Source: Gammaproteobacteria bacterium (GTDB lineage: Bacteria > Pseudomonadota > Gammaproteobacteria > Steroidobacterales > JBFFHS01). Taken from it: a DNA stretch of 64,000 nt. Position 1 is the stretch's first letter. Every line of letters starts with the position of its first letter. Shown piece by piece: positions 9,665 to 19,309 of the stretch. Location: contig JBFFHS010000006.1 of the NCBI GenBank assembly GCA_041556855.1, positions 819-64,818 on the forward strand. The letters are read 5' to 3'. The notes beneath the pieces are model-generated. The model was given only the letters and a program-made list of their open reading frames with translations. It was not told the origin of the DNA and did no database searches. The position numbers were made by a program, and so were the translations under genes.

Positions 9665-10996
9665 ATGAAGATCGCTGCCGAGTCCCCGACTCTGGAAGCT
9701 ACCATTGTGGATCTGGCCCACGACGGTCGCGGGGTGGCCGACCTGGAGGGTAAACGGGTCTTCGTCGCGGACGCACTCCCCGGGGAGCGGGTCACGGTGC
9801 GGCGGGGCCGACGCCGGCGACGCGTTGAGGAAGCCCAGCTGGACACCGTGCTGACGGCTTCGCCGGACCGCGTCACGCCGCGCTGCGAGTACTTCGGCCG
9901 CTGCGGCGGCTGCGTGCTTCAGCACCTGGCGCCGACTGCCCAGCTCAAGGCAAAGGGCGCGCATGTGGCCCAAGTGCTGCAGCGCATCGGTGAGGTCAGC
10001 CCGGGACGCTGGCTGGATGCCGTGCCGGGCCCCTTATGGAACTACCGTCGGCGCGCTCGGCTGAGCGTGCGGTATGTGGCCGGAAAGGGCCGCGTTCTGG
10101 TCGGTTTTCGCGAACGGGGCAACTCATTCGTTGCTGATATGAGCCACTGCGCTGTGCTGGCTGAGCCGGTGGATCGGCTGGTAGGCCCCCTGGGACAGAT
10201 GATACTGGGCACCAGCTTGCGGGCGCGCCTGTCCCAGGTGGAAGTTGCCGTCGGCGAGGGTTCAACGGCGCTCGTGCTGCGGGTGCTGGACGAACCAAGC
10301 TCAGCAGATCTGGCCCGGTTCCACGCTTTCGCGAGGCAGCATGACGTGGATATTCTGCTGCAGCCCGGCGGTCCGGACAGCGTCATACCCCTGGACCCAG
10401 CCACGCTGCGACCGTTGTTCTATGAGCTGCCCGAGTTTGGGCTGCGGTTGGGTTTTGCGCCGCTGGACTTTGTTCAAGTGAATGGCCAGATCAACCGCGA
10501 GCTGGTGTCGCAGGTGCTGGCGCTGCTGCAGCCGACGCCCCAGGATAAGGTTCTGGATCTGTTTTGCGGGCTTGGCAACTTTGCCTTGCCCCTGGCGCGT
10601 CGTGCTGGCGAGGTGCTGGGAGTGGAGGGAATGGACAACCTGGTCCGGCGTGCCGACGACAACGCTGCGGCCAACGCCATCCACAATGCGCGCTTTGTTT
10701 GTGCCGATCTGACTCAGGCCGGTGCCGCGTTTGCCCGGGAGCACTGGGACCTCATGCTATTGGATCCGCCCCGCTCCGGTGCGGCCCAGGTGGTGGCCGA
10801 TATTCCGCGCATGGCGCCCCGTGCCATCGCCTATGTGTCCTGTCATCCTGCCACCCTGGCCCGCGATGCCCGCAGCCTGGTTCACGACTGCGGGTACCAG
10901 TTCACGGCCGCGGGCGTCCTGGATATGTTCCCCCATACCCACCACGTGGAAGTCATAGCCCTGTTCCACCACCCCTCGGCAACTCCTCACGGTTAG
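9665..10996 (+). CDS. rlmD: 23S rRNA (uracil1939-C5)-methyltransferase RlmD/RumA
   Basis: N-terminal TRAM domain (ATIVDLAHDGRGVADLEGKRVFV), Fe-S Cys cluster CEYFGRCGGCVLQHL, SAM-binding VLDLFCGLGNFALPLA and catalytic YVSCHPATLARD. Confidence 0.9.
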   Translation: MKIAAESPTLEATIVDLAHDGRGVADLEGKRVFVADALPGERVTVRRGRRRRRVEEAQLDTVLTASPDRVTPRCEYFGRCGGCVLQHLAPTAQLKAKGAHVAQVLQRIGEVSPGRWLDAVPGPLWNYRRRARLSVRYVAGKGRVLVGFRERGNSFVADMSHCAVLAEPVDRLVGPLGQMILGTSLRARLSQVEVAVGEGSTALVLRVLDEPSSADLARFHAFARQHDVDILLQPGGPDSVIPLDPATLRPLFYELPEFGLRLGFAPLDFVQVNGQINRELVSQVLALLQPTPQDKVLDLFCGLGNFALPLARRAGEVLGVEGMDNLVRRADDNAAANAIHNARFVCADLTQAGAAFAREHWDLMLLDPPRSGAAQVVADIPRMAPRAIAYVSCHPATLARDARSLVHDCGYQFTAAGVLDMFPHTHHVEVIALFHHPSATPHG

Positions 10997-11121
10997 ATGA
11001 CCCCTGGCTGAGCACCACCTGGCTGCTTCAGTTCACAGGCTCATGCCTTGCCATACATTAAAGAGGTTCCCGGCGATGTCAGTTGGGGCGGGAGCTGACC
11101 GTGCCGGGTTATGATGCCCGG

Positions 11122-11619
11122 ATGACGGCACAGGCCAACACCGGGACGCGCATTTTCGTCAGCCTGGAACGGCAGACGTTGACGTTGCAGGTGCCTGGGG
11201 GACGTGACCGGGAGTACCCTGTATCCACGGCGAGCGCTGGTGCTGGTGAGGAAGAGGGCAGCGGTTGCACGCCCCGCGGTGCTCATCAGGTGCGCGCCAA
11301 AATTGGCGCGGGACAGCCCCTGGGAACGGTGTTCCAGGCCCGGCGTCCCACGGGGGAGGTTTACACGCCCGACTTGGGCCGGGCTTTTCCCGACCGGGAT
11401 TGGATCCTGACGCGAATTCTGTGGCTGTCGGGCCTGGAGCCCGGGCGCAATCGATTGGGCAGGGTGGATAGCATGCGCCGCTTTATCTACATTCATGGCA
11501 CGCCTGACTCTGAACCAATGGGTGAACCCCGTTCCCATGGCTGTATTCGCATGACAAACCAGGACGTTGCCGATCTGTTCGATCGCGTTGCCGTGGGCAC
11601 GCGGGTCGACATCCAGTAG
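11122..11619 (+). CDS. YkuD (L,D-transpeptidase catalytic fold) protein lacking a signal peptide
   Basis: FIYIHGTPDSEPMGEPRSHGCIRMTNQDVADLF is the YkuD His/Cys active site. Neither the ATG 11122 start nor the longest TTG 11083 start gives a hydrophobic leader. Confidence 0.75.
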   Translation: MTAQANTGTRIFVSLERQTLTLQVPGGRDREYPVSTASAGAGEEEGSGCTPRGAHQVRAKIGAGQPLGTVFQARRPTGEVYTPDLGRAFPDRDWILTRILWLSGLEPGRNRLGRVDSMRRFIYIHGTPDSEPMGEPRSHGCIRMTNQDVADLFDRVAVGTRVDIQ

Positions 11620-11624
11620 CAGAC

Positions 11625-12668
11625 GTGTCTTTAGGGCCGCTAATGATCGACATCGCCGGGCTGAGCCTCGCGCCGGAGGAGCGGGAGTTGCTGGCTCATC
11701 CGCTGGTCGGCGGCGTGATTCTGTTTCGGCGCAATTTTGCGGACCCGGAACAGTTGAGTGCTCTGGTGGCCGAGATTCACGGGTTGCGCACGCCCGCACT
11801 GCTCGTGGCCGTGGATCAGGAGGGCGGCCGGGTGCAGCGCTTCGGCGAACCCTTCACGGTGTTGCCAGCCATGCGCGCGCTGGGGCATCAGTACGATGAG
11901 GACAGGGACGGCGCGTTGGCTACCGCCCGAGCTTTCGGGTGGTTGATGGCCGCCGAGCTGCGCGCGTGCGGCGTAGATCTGAGCTTTGCGCCTGTGGTGG
12001 ATGTCGACCATGGCATCTGCGAGGTCATTGGCGATCGGGCAGTGCATGAGCGCGCGACCGTGGTGGCGCGGCTGACTCGCCGCGTCATGGAAGGCATGGA
12101 TGCCGCCGGCATGGCGGCGACAGCAAAACATTTTCCCAGCCACGGCGGGGTAATTGCCGACTCCCACCTGGAAAGCGCCACCGATCGCCGCACTCTCGAG
12201 CAACTGGAAGAAGACTTAGAGCCCTATCGCCTTTTGATTGCCGCTGGTCTGCATGGGGTGATGATGGCCCATGTCATTTTCCCCGCGGTGGATCCCTTAC
12301 CCGCCAGTTTCTCCCGTTGGTGGATCGAGACCCAGCTGCGGGGTGAGCAGGGTTTTCTGGGGGCAGTGTTCTCTGACGATCTGTCCATGGTCGCGGCAAA
12401 AGCGCTGGGTGATCCGGTAGAGCGCAGCCGGGCAGCATTGGCCGCCGGCTGCGACATGATCCTGATCTGCAACGCGCCGGAAACGGTGCCACCGGTTGTA
12501 GAGGCGCTGAAGGGCTACTCCAATCCGCCGAGTCAGCTGCGGCTGATGCGACTGCGGGGGCGGGGCGAGCTGCACTGGGAGACGCTGCACCAGGATCGCC
12601 AGTGGCGCGTCGCCCACAGCACTGTCAGCCATCTGTTCGATCCCCCCAGCCTGAAACTGGAAGGCTAA
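11625..12668 (+). CDS. nagZ: Beta-N-acetylhexosaminidase NagZ (peptidoglycan recycling)
   Basis: GGVILFRRNF, VAVDQEGGRVQR, KHFPSHGG and FSDDLSM are GH3 NagZ motifs. Confidence 0.92.
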   Translation: MSLGPLMIDIAGLSLAPEERELLAHPLVGGVILFRRNFADPEQLSALVAEIHGLRTPALLVAVDQEGGRVQRFGEPFTVLPAMRALGHQYDEDRDGALATARAFGWLMAAELRACGVDLSFAPVVDVDHGICEVIGDRAVHERATVVARLTRRVMEGMDAAGMAATAKHFPSHGGVIADSHLESATDRRTLEQLEEDLEPYRLLIAAGLHGVMMAHVIFPAVDPLPASFSRWWIETQLRGEQGFLGAVFSDDLSMVAAKALGDPVERSRAALAAGCDMILICNAPETVPPVVEALKGYSNPPSQLRLMRLRGRGELHWETLHQDRQWRVAHSTVSHLFDPPSLKLEG

Positions 12669-12676
12669 GTGGTCTT

Positions 12677-13435
12677 GTGAGCGATGCCCTGGGTTTGATC
12701 GTGGGTAGCGGTTTCGACCGATTGGGTTTCTCCGTCGTGGATCGGCTCGCGGTTGTCACGCCTTATGGACCACCATCGGATGCGCTGCTGCGAGTGGTTA
12801 TCGGCGGCACCGAATTGTGGTGCCTGCCGCGCCATGGGCAGCGTCACCATCTGCCGCCCCACGCCGTCAATTATCGGGCCAACATATGGGCGCTGCGCCA
12901 GGCGGGCGTCGCCCGATGTGTGGCGCTGAACTGGGTGGGTACCATAGACCCCCGCTTCGAACCGGGCACCCTGGCCCTGCCCGATCAGTTGATCGACTAC
13001 ACAGCCGGTCGGGGTGGCACTTTTTTCGACGGGCTGAATGGGCGGGTGGAGCACGTGGACTTTACGACCCCCTTCAGTGAGGAGGTCCGCGCGCAACTGC
13101 TGAGCGCAGCCGCAAGCGCCGGCGTGGCCCTGCTGGACGGGGGCATCTATGGCGTGACCCAGGGGCCGCGCCTGGAGACGGCGGCCGAGGTTGACCGTTT
13201 GGCGCGTGATGGTTGCACCATGGTGGGCATGACGGCCATGCCGGAGGCCGTGCTTGCCCGCGAATTGGAGCTGGCCTACGGGCTGTGCGCCCTGGGCGTA
13301 AACCATGCGGCCGGCCGCTCCCCCACGGACGCTCCGATCCACGCCCAGCTGGAGGGCTTCTTTGCTCAGGGTCTGGAGCAGTTGCGGGCTCTGCTGGCCG
13401 CGCTGGCTGCGGCAGAACGTGACCGGCGTCCTTGA
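12677..13435 (+). CDS. Methylthioadenosine/methylthioinosine phosphorylase family (PNP/MTAP)
   Basis: GLIVGSG, LPRHG..H.LPPH.VNYRANIWAL, GVTQGPRLETAAE and GMTAMPEAVLAREL motifs. GTG start at 12677. Confidence 0.85.
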   Translation: MSDALGLIVGSGFDRLGFSVVDRLAVVTPYGPPSDALLRVVIGGTELWCLPRHGQRHHLPPHAVNYRANIWALRQAGVARCVALNWVGTIDPRFEPGTLALPDQLIDYTAGRGGTFFDGLNGRVEHVDFTTPFSEEVRAQLLSAAASAGVALLDGGIYGVTQGPRLETAAEVDRLARDGCTMVGMTAMPEAVLARELELAYGLCALGVNHAAGRSPTDAPIHAQLEGFFAQGLEQLRALLAALAAAERDRRP

Positions 13436-13495
13436 CCGGAGCGCTGTCTGTACTCAGGATCGCTTGAACCTGATTCTGAGCTCAACGTTGACCTG

Positions 13496-14428
13496 ATGCC
13501 ACGCCTCAATCGCGCCATATTGGATAACATCGTCGCGCTCAGCGGCGAAGCGGTGCTGGTCGCTGACGTGCGCCAGACGGACACCCCCATCCTGTTCGCT
13601 AATCCCGCTTTCGCGGCGCTGGCGGGGGTGGAGCTTGACTCTGTGGCAGGCCGAGATTGGACGTTTTTCCTGGAACAGGCTGCCGCAGCAGATGAGCTGC
13701 GAGAGTTGGGCAATCAAGTTGTTGGCGGTACCGCGCGCCAGGCGGTGCTGGAGGGCACCCGCGAGGGCACGCGGTTTCAACTGACACTCCTGCCCTTGCC
13801 CGGCCGCCAGGGCAAGGTGAGCCACCTGCTGGTCCAGGTCAGCGAGACCGCGTTCCCGGAACCCGCATCGGCCGAAGTGAAGGTGGCCCTTCTGGAACGG
13901 GAGCTTGATCTGGCCCGGGAAGCCAACGACAAGTTGGCGCGCCGGGACCAGGACTCGGGATTGTTACGTTATAGCTATTTTCTGGAACTGGCCCAGCGGG
14001 ATTTTGCGTTGTGCAGCCGCCAGCGCCGTGAGCTGGCCGTGCTGACTTTTACCGTGCGCGAGTTCGACGTCTACCGGGAGACCTTCGGCGATAAGGCGGC
14101 TCAGTCGTGTCTACGCATGGTTGGCGGTCGCATCGCCGGCGCTTTGCGGCGGGCCAGTGATCTATGCGCGCGCCTGGACGAGGCGAGCTTTGTCGCGTTG
14201 GTCACAGGCCAAAATCAGGAACAGGTCGAGGCCTTCGCCGAAGAGATCGCTCAGCAGGTGCGCCGCCTGGCACTCCATCATCCCCGTGCCCATGGCGAGC
14301 GCTGCGTCACGTGCGCCGTGGGCGTGCAGGTCGGCGTGCCCACTGCGGCGGACTGTGCAGAATCGTTCGTGCTGGCTGCCCGAGGGACGCACCTGGACGC
14401 TGGCTACGTGGGCCAGTCCGCCGCCTAA
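13496..14428 (+). CDS. PAS domain / degenerate GGDEF domain signalling protein
   Basis: PAS-like ILDNIVALSGEAVLVADVRQTDTPILFANPAFAALAGV, then a coiled-coil linker. The GGDEF-like domain has its signature replaced by RLDEASF, with RASD preserved 5 residues upstream. Confidence 0.75.
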   Translation: MPRLNRAILDNIVALSGEAVLVADVRQTDTPILFANPAFAALAGVELDSVAGRDWTFFLEQAAAADELRELGNQVVGGTARQAVLEGTREGTRFQLTLLPLPGRQGKVSHLLVQVSETAFPEPASAEVKVALLERELDLAREANDKLARRDQDSGLLRYSYFLELAQRDFALCSRQRRELAVLTFTVREFDVYRETFGDKAAQSCLRMVGGRIAGALRRASDLCARLDEASFVALVTGQNQEQVEAFAEEIAQQVRRLALHHPRAHGERCVTCAVGVQVGVPTAADCAESFVLAARGTHLDAGYVGQSAA

Positions 14429-15294
14429 CTGGACTGGTCGGTTGTGGTCGGCGGGGGCGGGCGCCGCTGCGGCAGGGTGGTCAGATCCAGTTCCGTGAGA
14501 TCCGGCAGCGGTTCCGGGGTGATCTGCACCAGAACACCGAAGGCAGGGTGATCGAAGAAGTGCAGCTCCCCACTGCGCAGGCGGCGCGCCTCGGCGATCT
14601 GAAAACGCGGTCCCCGCGTGTCCGCCGGCACGCTGGACCAGAGCGGCTCGGTGACGTTTTCAGGGGGACTTTCAGGCGGCAGGTACTCCAGATCGACCCG
14701 GATGTGTAAAAAACGGCTCCGATGCAAGGTGAGCGTGCCTGCCACGGGTGTGGTGCTGTCGATGATCGCGATGTCAAAGGGTTTGGCGCGTTCCTCGGGA
14801 TAGCCTTCTTGAACCCAACCGCCGTGGAACAAGGGAGTGTATGCAGATAGCCGTTCGAGGGTATCCCAGGCGTCATTCAAACTGAGGTTCTCCGCTGCCA
14901 GCAGTTCAAAGCGGAACTCGTCTTCAACGGCGTCCTCGCTCGTATCGGCCTCCGCATCGACCTCTGCATCGGCGTCCGGACCGACCGGCTCCGCCGGCAG
15001 CGCTGGTGGTGTCGGCTGTTCATCAGAATCGGTCATCGGGTCCGGCACGGGCTGTTGCCCTTCGGGGGGCAGCGGGTCGGCCAGCGGGTCGCTGCGCGGC
15101 GTAAAGCTCTCGGACGTGCTTGTGGCGCCGCCCTCGTTGCTGAACACCAGCAGTTCAACGTAGTAGCGGGGCAGCGTTTCAATCGGTTCGCTATCGCCCG
15201 CGGCCTGCTCTGGCGCCTGCTGAGCGCTGAGGGTCATGGCCCACAGAGCTGTAGCTAGGGCTAAGGAGAAACGCGGATCGGCAGGACCTTTCAT
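14425..15294 (-). CDS. CsiV-like (DUF2803) periplasmic protein
   Basis: Signal peptide MKGPADPRFSLALATALWAMTLSAQQ, followed by YYVELLVF, HRSRFLHIRVDLEY and GELHFFDHPAFGVLVQI motifs. Its position just downstream of mfd matches Pseudomonas and Vibrio. The ORF-track start at 15402 overlaps mfd and is rejected. Confidence 0.6.
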   Translation of the reverse strand: MKGPADPRFSLALATALWAMTLSAQQAPEQAAGDSEPIETLPRYYVELLVFSNEGGATSTSESFTPRSDPLADPLPPEGQQPVPDPMTDSDEQPTPPALPAEPVGPDADAEVDAEADTSEDAVEDEFRFELLAAENLSLNDAWDTLERLSAYTPLFHGGWVQEGYPEERAKPFDIAIIDSTTPVAGTLTLHRSRFLHIRVDLEYLPPESPPENVTEPLWSSVPADTRGPRFQIAEARRLRSGELHFFDHPAFGVLVQITPEPLPDLTELDLTTLPQRRPPPPTTTDQSS

Positions 15295-15308
15295 CGTCCC
15301 ATTGTAAG

Positions 15309-18300
15309 CTATGCGGCGCTGGCAGATGCAGCGGCAGGCGCCAGCCGGTCCAGTAGCTCGTTTAGGTTTGCTATGCGTTGGGCGGGGTCGTCCAGCTGCC
15401 AACGGATGCGCAGCTTGTACGGTCCGTCCAGCTGGTAAACTTCGGGCTCCTGCTCCACCAGGTCCACTAGCGCGATCGGGTCCAGGGCAGTTCGCTCGCC
15501 GAACTGTAAGAAGCCACCCTGAGCGCCGGCTTCGATCTTCTCCAAGCCAATTCCCTGGGCTTTGAGCTTCAGTCCCGTAATCGCAAAAAGGTTGCGAGTC
15601 GGCCTGGGGATCAGGCCGAACCGGTCAATGAGCTGGATCTGGATATCATGCAGTGCGCGCTTTGAATCCGCCGAGGCAATACGCTTGTACTGCACCAGGC
15701 GCATATGCACATCAGGCATGTAATCCTCGGGAATCAAGGCTGCGATCCCCAGGTTGATCTCCGGCCCATGATCCAACGGTGCAAGCAGAGCGGGTTCGTT
15801 GCCCGCTTTCAAGGCGCTCACGGCTCGCCCCAGCAACTCGTTGTAGAGCGTAAAGCCGATCTGCTGGATCTGGCCTGACTGTTCCTCGCCCAGAAGTTCT
15901 CCCGCACCCCGGATTTCCAGATCGTGGGTTGCCAGCGTAAAGCCTGCCCCCAGCGTTTCGAGGGCTTCAATCGCTTCCAGGCGCTTGACGGCGTCCGGCG
16001 TGAGCGCGTGCTTCGGCGGCGCGATCAGGTAAGCGTAGGCCTGATGGTGGGAGCGGCCGACTCGCCCCCTGAGTTGATGCAGCTGGGCCAGCCCAAAATG
16101 GTTGGCGCGGTTGATAATGATGGTATTGGCGCTGGGCACGTCGATGCCGCTCTCAATGATCGTGGTGCAGACCAAGACATCGAAACGCCGGTGATAGAAG
16201 TCCACCATCACCTTCTCCAAGTCGCGCTCCGACATCCGCCCGTGACCAATGCGCACGCTGGCTTCAGGCACCAGCTCGCCGACTTTGCGAGCCAGCTCAT
16301 CAATGTTTTCGATCTTGTCGTTGACCAGGTAAACCTGGCCGCCGCGCCGGATCTCCCGCAACAGTGCTTCCCGTATCAGGCCAAGATTCCAGTCCGTGAC
16401 AAAGGTCTTGACTGCCAGGCGCTCGGCCGGCGGCGTCGCGATCAGGGAGAGCTCGCGCAGTCCGCCCAGGGCCATGTTCAGGGTCCGCGGGATGGGCGTG
16501 GCCGTAAGGGTGAGCAGGTCCACATCGGCACGCAGCTTTTTCAGTGCTTCCTTGTGGCGTACGCCGAAACGGTGTTCCTCGTCGATAATCACCAGGCCGA
16601 GACGTCTGAACCTGACGCGGTTTTGCAGCAGCTTGTGGGTACCGATGACGATGTCTATCCGACCGTCCTGGATGCCGTCCAGCACCTGGCTGGTTTGTTT
16701 GCCAGTGCGAAAGCGGGAGAGCAGCTCGATCTCGACAGGCCAATCAGCGAAACGATCACGGAAGGTATTGAAATGCTGCTGAGCCAGCAGGGTAGTGGGC
16801 ACCAGAACGGCGACCTGGAAGCCGGCCTCAACGGCTAGGAACGCCGCCCGCAGGGCTACCTCCGTCTTGCCGAAGCCCACATCACCGCAGACTACCCGGT
16901 CCATGGGCGTTTCCTGGGACATGTCGCCGATAACTTGTTCAATGGCGTGCAGCTGATCATCGGTTTCCTCGAAGGGAAAACCGAGCCGGAAGCGGCTGTA
17001 AGCATCCTCGTCGATCACAAACCGGGTTCCCCGGCGGGCGGCCCGCCGAGCGTAGAGGTCAAGCAGCTCAGCAGCCACGTCGCGGATCTTCTCGGCGGCG
17101 CGCCGGCGCGCCTTGGCCCATTGATCGGTGCCCAGCTTGTGGAGCGGCGCGTGTTCCGGTGCAGCTCCCGTATAGCGCGAGATCAGGTGAAGGTTATGTA
17201 CGGGGACATAAAGCTTATCGCCGTCGGCATACTCTAACGTCAGAAATTCGGTGGCGACGCCGTCCACCTCCAGACTGCGCAGGCCCAGATAGCGCCCGAC
17301 ACCGTACTCTTCGTGAACAACAGGGGCACCGATCTCCAGGTCGGTCAGCTCGCGGATCACTGCGTCCGGTTCCCGATGGGCCCGGCGCCGGCGGCTGGTG
17401 CGAGCGCGGTCGGCGAACAGCTGGTGCTCGGTGATCAGACTGAGGGGCGGGTTTTCAAGCCGCAATCCTTCGGCCATGTTCCCCAGCGTGATCGCCAGCT
17501 CCTGGTCGGTACGGACGAAGTCGGCCCACCCTGTTATCAATGCAGGTTGCTGCGCCCGGCGGCTCAGCATGTCTCGGATCAGCTCCCGTCGGCCCGGGGT
17601 TTCAGCCACGATCAGCACGCGTCCGGCAGCAGCGGCCCCACTCAGTAGCCCATCTACGGCGCTGCCTTCACCCTGAGTGGTTCCAGTAGCACTGAGACGT
17701 TGGGGATAGCCGCTACCGAAGTTGCGGAATGGCCGGGATTCAGCTTTGCCGGTCACCTCTGCCCGCTGGACTGTGATGTGCCGAAAGGATTGCAGCGCCG
17801 TGTCCAGAGCAGCCGGCGCATGAAACGCAAGTTCGGGCGGCAGGCAGGGCCGGTGCCGGTCTACGCTGAGCTGCTCATAGCGCTCCTGTATGACGTTCCA
17901 GGTGCGCAGTCGGGCGGCGGCGGCATCCTCAGTGCTGATCACCACTGTGTCGGTTGGCAGGTAATCCAGCAGTGTCGCGCTGGTCGTGAAGAATAGCGGT
18001 AGAAAGTACTCGATGCCGGCCGGCATGCGGCCTTCGGACACTTCTCGATAGACGCTGCTTTTAGCTGGGTCTATGGGAAACTGGTGGCGGAAGTTTTCCC
18101 GAAACAGCCGGATCCCCGCCGCATCGGTGGGGAATTCCCGGGCGGGCAGAATCCGAAGCTCCTCGACGCGGTCGGTGGACAACTGAGTCTGAGCGTCGAA
18201 GATTCTCAGGCCCTCGATCTCGTCGTCAAACAGATCCACGCGCACGGGGTCCGAGCTACCGGCCGGGAACAGGTCCATCAGAGCGCCGCGCACGGCGAAC

Positions 18301-18815
18301 TCGCCGTGCTCGACCACTTTGGGGACCTGCACGTAGCCATGCCCGATCAATTGCCGGCGCATCTCGCTCAGATCGATGCGTTGCCCGACCGCCAATAGCA
18401 GGCTGCGGCTAACCACATAGTCGGGCGGCGGCAGACGATGGGTCAGGCTGTCGCCGTTGGCCACCAGGATCAGGGGCTGTCCCTGGCTGAGCCGATACAA
18501 AACAGCCAGCCGTTCGGCGACCAGTTCCGGGTGGGGAGAGAAAGGATCGTAGGGAAGCGTTTCGTAGTCGGGCAGCAGTGCCGCCGGGAGATCCGGCGCG
18601 AAAAAGCGAATTTCATGGGTGAGATCTTCCGCCTCGCGGGCTGATCCGGTGAGGATCAGCATATGATCCCCGCCGGCGCGGTAGGCCGAGGTGACAGCCA
18701 GCCCCCGGGCGCAGCCGTAGAGCTGTCCCCAGACAACATTCGGTTGCTCCCTCGAGGGCAGCAGAGGCGGTGGTAACAGTGAGCTCACGGTGGCCGGAAT
18801 CAGGCAAACGCCCAT
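15309..18815 (-). CDS. mfd: Transcription-repair coupling factor Mfd
   Basis: 1168 aa with DVGFGKTEVALRAAF (Walker A), IIDEEHRFG (DEEH box), TATPIPRTL and QLHQLRGRVGRS. The exact start is uncertain. Confidence 0.95.
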   Translation of the reverse strand: MGVCLIPATVSSLLPPPLLPSREQPNVVWGQLYGCARGLAVTSAYRAGGDHMLILTGSAREAEDLTHEIRFFAPDLPAALLPDYETLPYDPFSPHPELVAERLAVLYRLSQGQPLILVANGDSLTHRLPPPDYVVSRSLLLAVGQRIDLSEMRRQLIGHGYVQVPKVVEHGEFAVRGALMDLFPAGSSDPVRVDLFDDEIEGLRIFDAQTQLSTDRVEELRILPAREFPTDAAGIRLFRENFRHQFPIDPAKSSVYREVSEGRMPAGIEYFLPLFFTTSATLLDYLPTDTVVISTEDAAAARLRTWNVIQERYEQLSVDRHRPCLPPELAFHAPAALDTALQSFRHITVQRAEVTGKAESRPFRNFGSGYPQRLSATGTTQGEGSAVDGLLSGAAAAGRVLIVAETPGRRELIRDMLSRRAQQPALITGWADFVRTDQELAITLGNMAEGLRLENPPLSLITEHQLFADRARTSRRRRAHREPDAVIRELTDLEIGAPVVHEEYGVGRYLGLRSLEVDGVATEFLTLEYADGDKLYVPVHNLHLISRYTGAAPEHAPLHKLGTDQWAKARRRAAEKIRDVAAELLDLYARRAARRGTRFVIDEDAYSRFRLGFPFEETDDQLHAIEQVIGDMSQETPMDRVVCGDVGFGKTEVALRAAFLAVEAGFQVAVLVPTTLLAQQHFNTFRDRFADWPVEIELLSRFRTGKQTSQVLDGIQDGRIDIVIGTHKLLQNRVRFRRLGLVIIDEEHRFGVRHKEALKKLRADVDLLTLTATPIPRTLNMALGGLRELSLIATPPAERLAVKTFVTDWNLGLIREALLREIRRGGQVYLVNDKIENIDELARKVGELVPEASVRIGHGRMSERDLEKVMVDFYHRRFDVLVCTTIIESGIDVPSANTIIINRANHFGLAQLHQLRGRVGRSHHQAYAYLIAPPKHALTPDAVKRLEAIEALETLGAGFTLATHDLEIRGAGELLGEEQSGQIQQIGFTLYNELLGRAVSALKAGNEPALLAPLDHGPEINLGIAALIPEDYMPDVHMRLVQYKRIASADSKRALHDIQIQLIDRFGLIPRPTRNLFAITGLKLKAQGIGLEKIEAGAQGGFLQFGERTALDPIALVDLVEQEPEVYQLDGPYKLRIRWQLDDPAQRIANLNELLDRLAPAAASASAA

Positions 18816-18881
18816 TATCCCACAGGCGAGTGACTCCTCACTGCAAGAGCCTGGGCCGGGTTGGGCAAGCCCGCGGTAACG

Positions 18882-19160
18882 CTAGCGCTTCTGAACGGCG
18901 TGGATAACGAGCCGATACTCGAAATACACCGTAAAATCCGCATACTCCCAGCGTGTAATGGGGGGTTCACCGACGGCGTTTGCTCGGGTGAGGGGCGCAC
19001 CGAAGCGAGCCTCCACACGGTCCATGCTCATGCCGCGGGTCGGGCGCGTGTCAGCGGTGTCGCGGTGGGTATCCAGCTCGTCGAGCAGCAGGGTGTCGGC
19101 GTGGCCAGCGGTGATGGCCGCCAGGCAGAGCGCGGCTAGGGTGGTTGTGAACAAACGCAT
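18882..19160 (-). CDS. Small secreted protein of unknown function (possibly BamE/SmpA-OmlA-like fold)
   Basis: Start MRLFTTTLAALCLAAITAGHA has a signal peptide. The mature part GMSMDRVEARFGAPL...PPITRWEY.DFTVYFE resembles the SmpA/OmlA pattern. The family call is weak. Confidence 0.45.
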   Translation of the reverse strand: MRLFTTTLAALCLAAITAGHADTLLLDELDTHRDTADTRPTRGMSMDRVEARFGAPLTRANAVGEPPITRWEYADFTVYFEYRLVIHAVQKR

Positions 19161-19309
19161 GAAGATCAGCCCCTCGTGCGGATGGACGGAATGTAACACT
19201 GGCCTGAGAGCCCGCAAATGTCCCTCTGTCCGGACTGAGGGCTGGTTCACAGTGTGTCTGCAAAGTCTAGATTTCAAAGTATATTATCATTTTAACTAAA
19301 TGATTAGTA

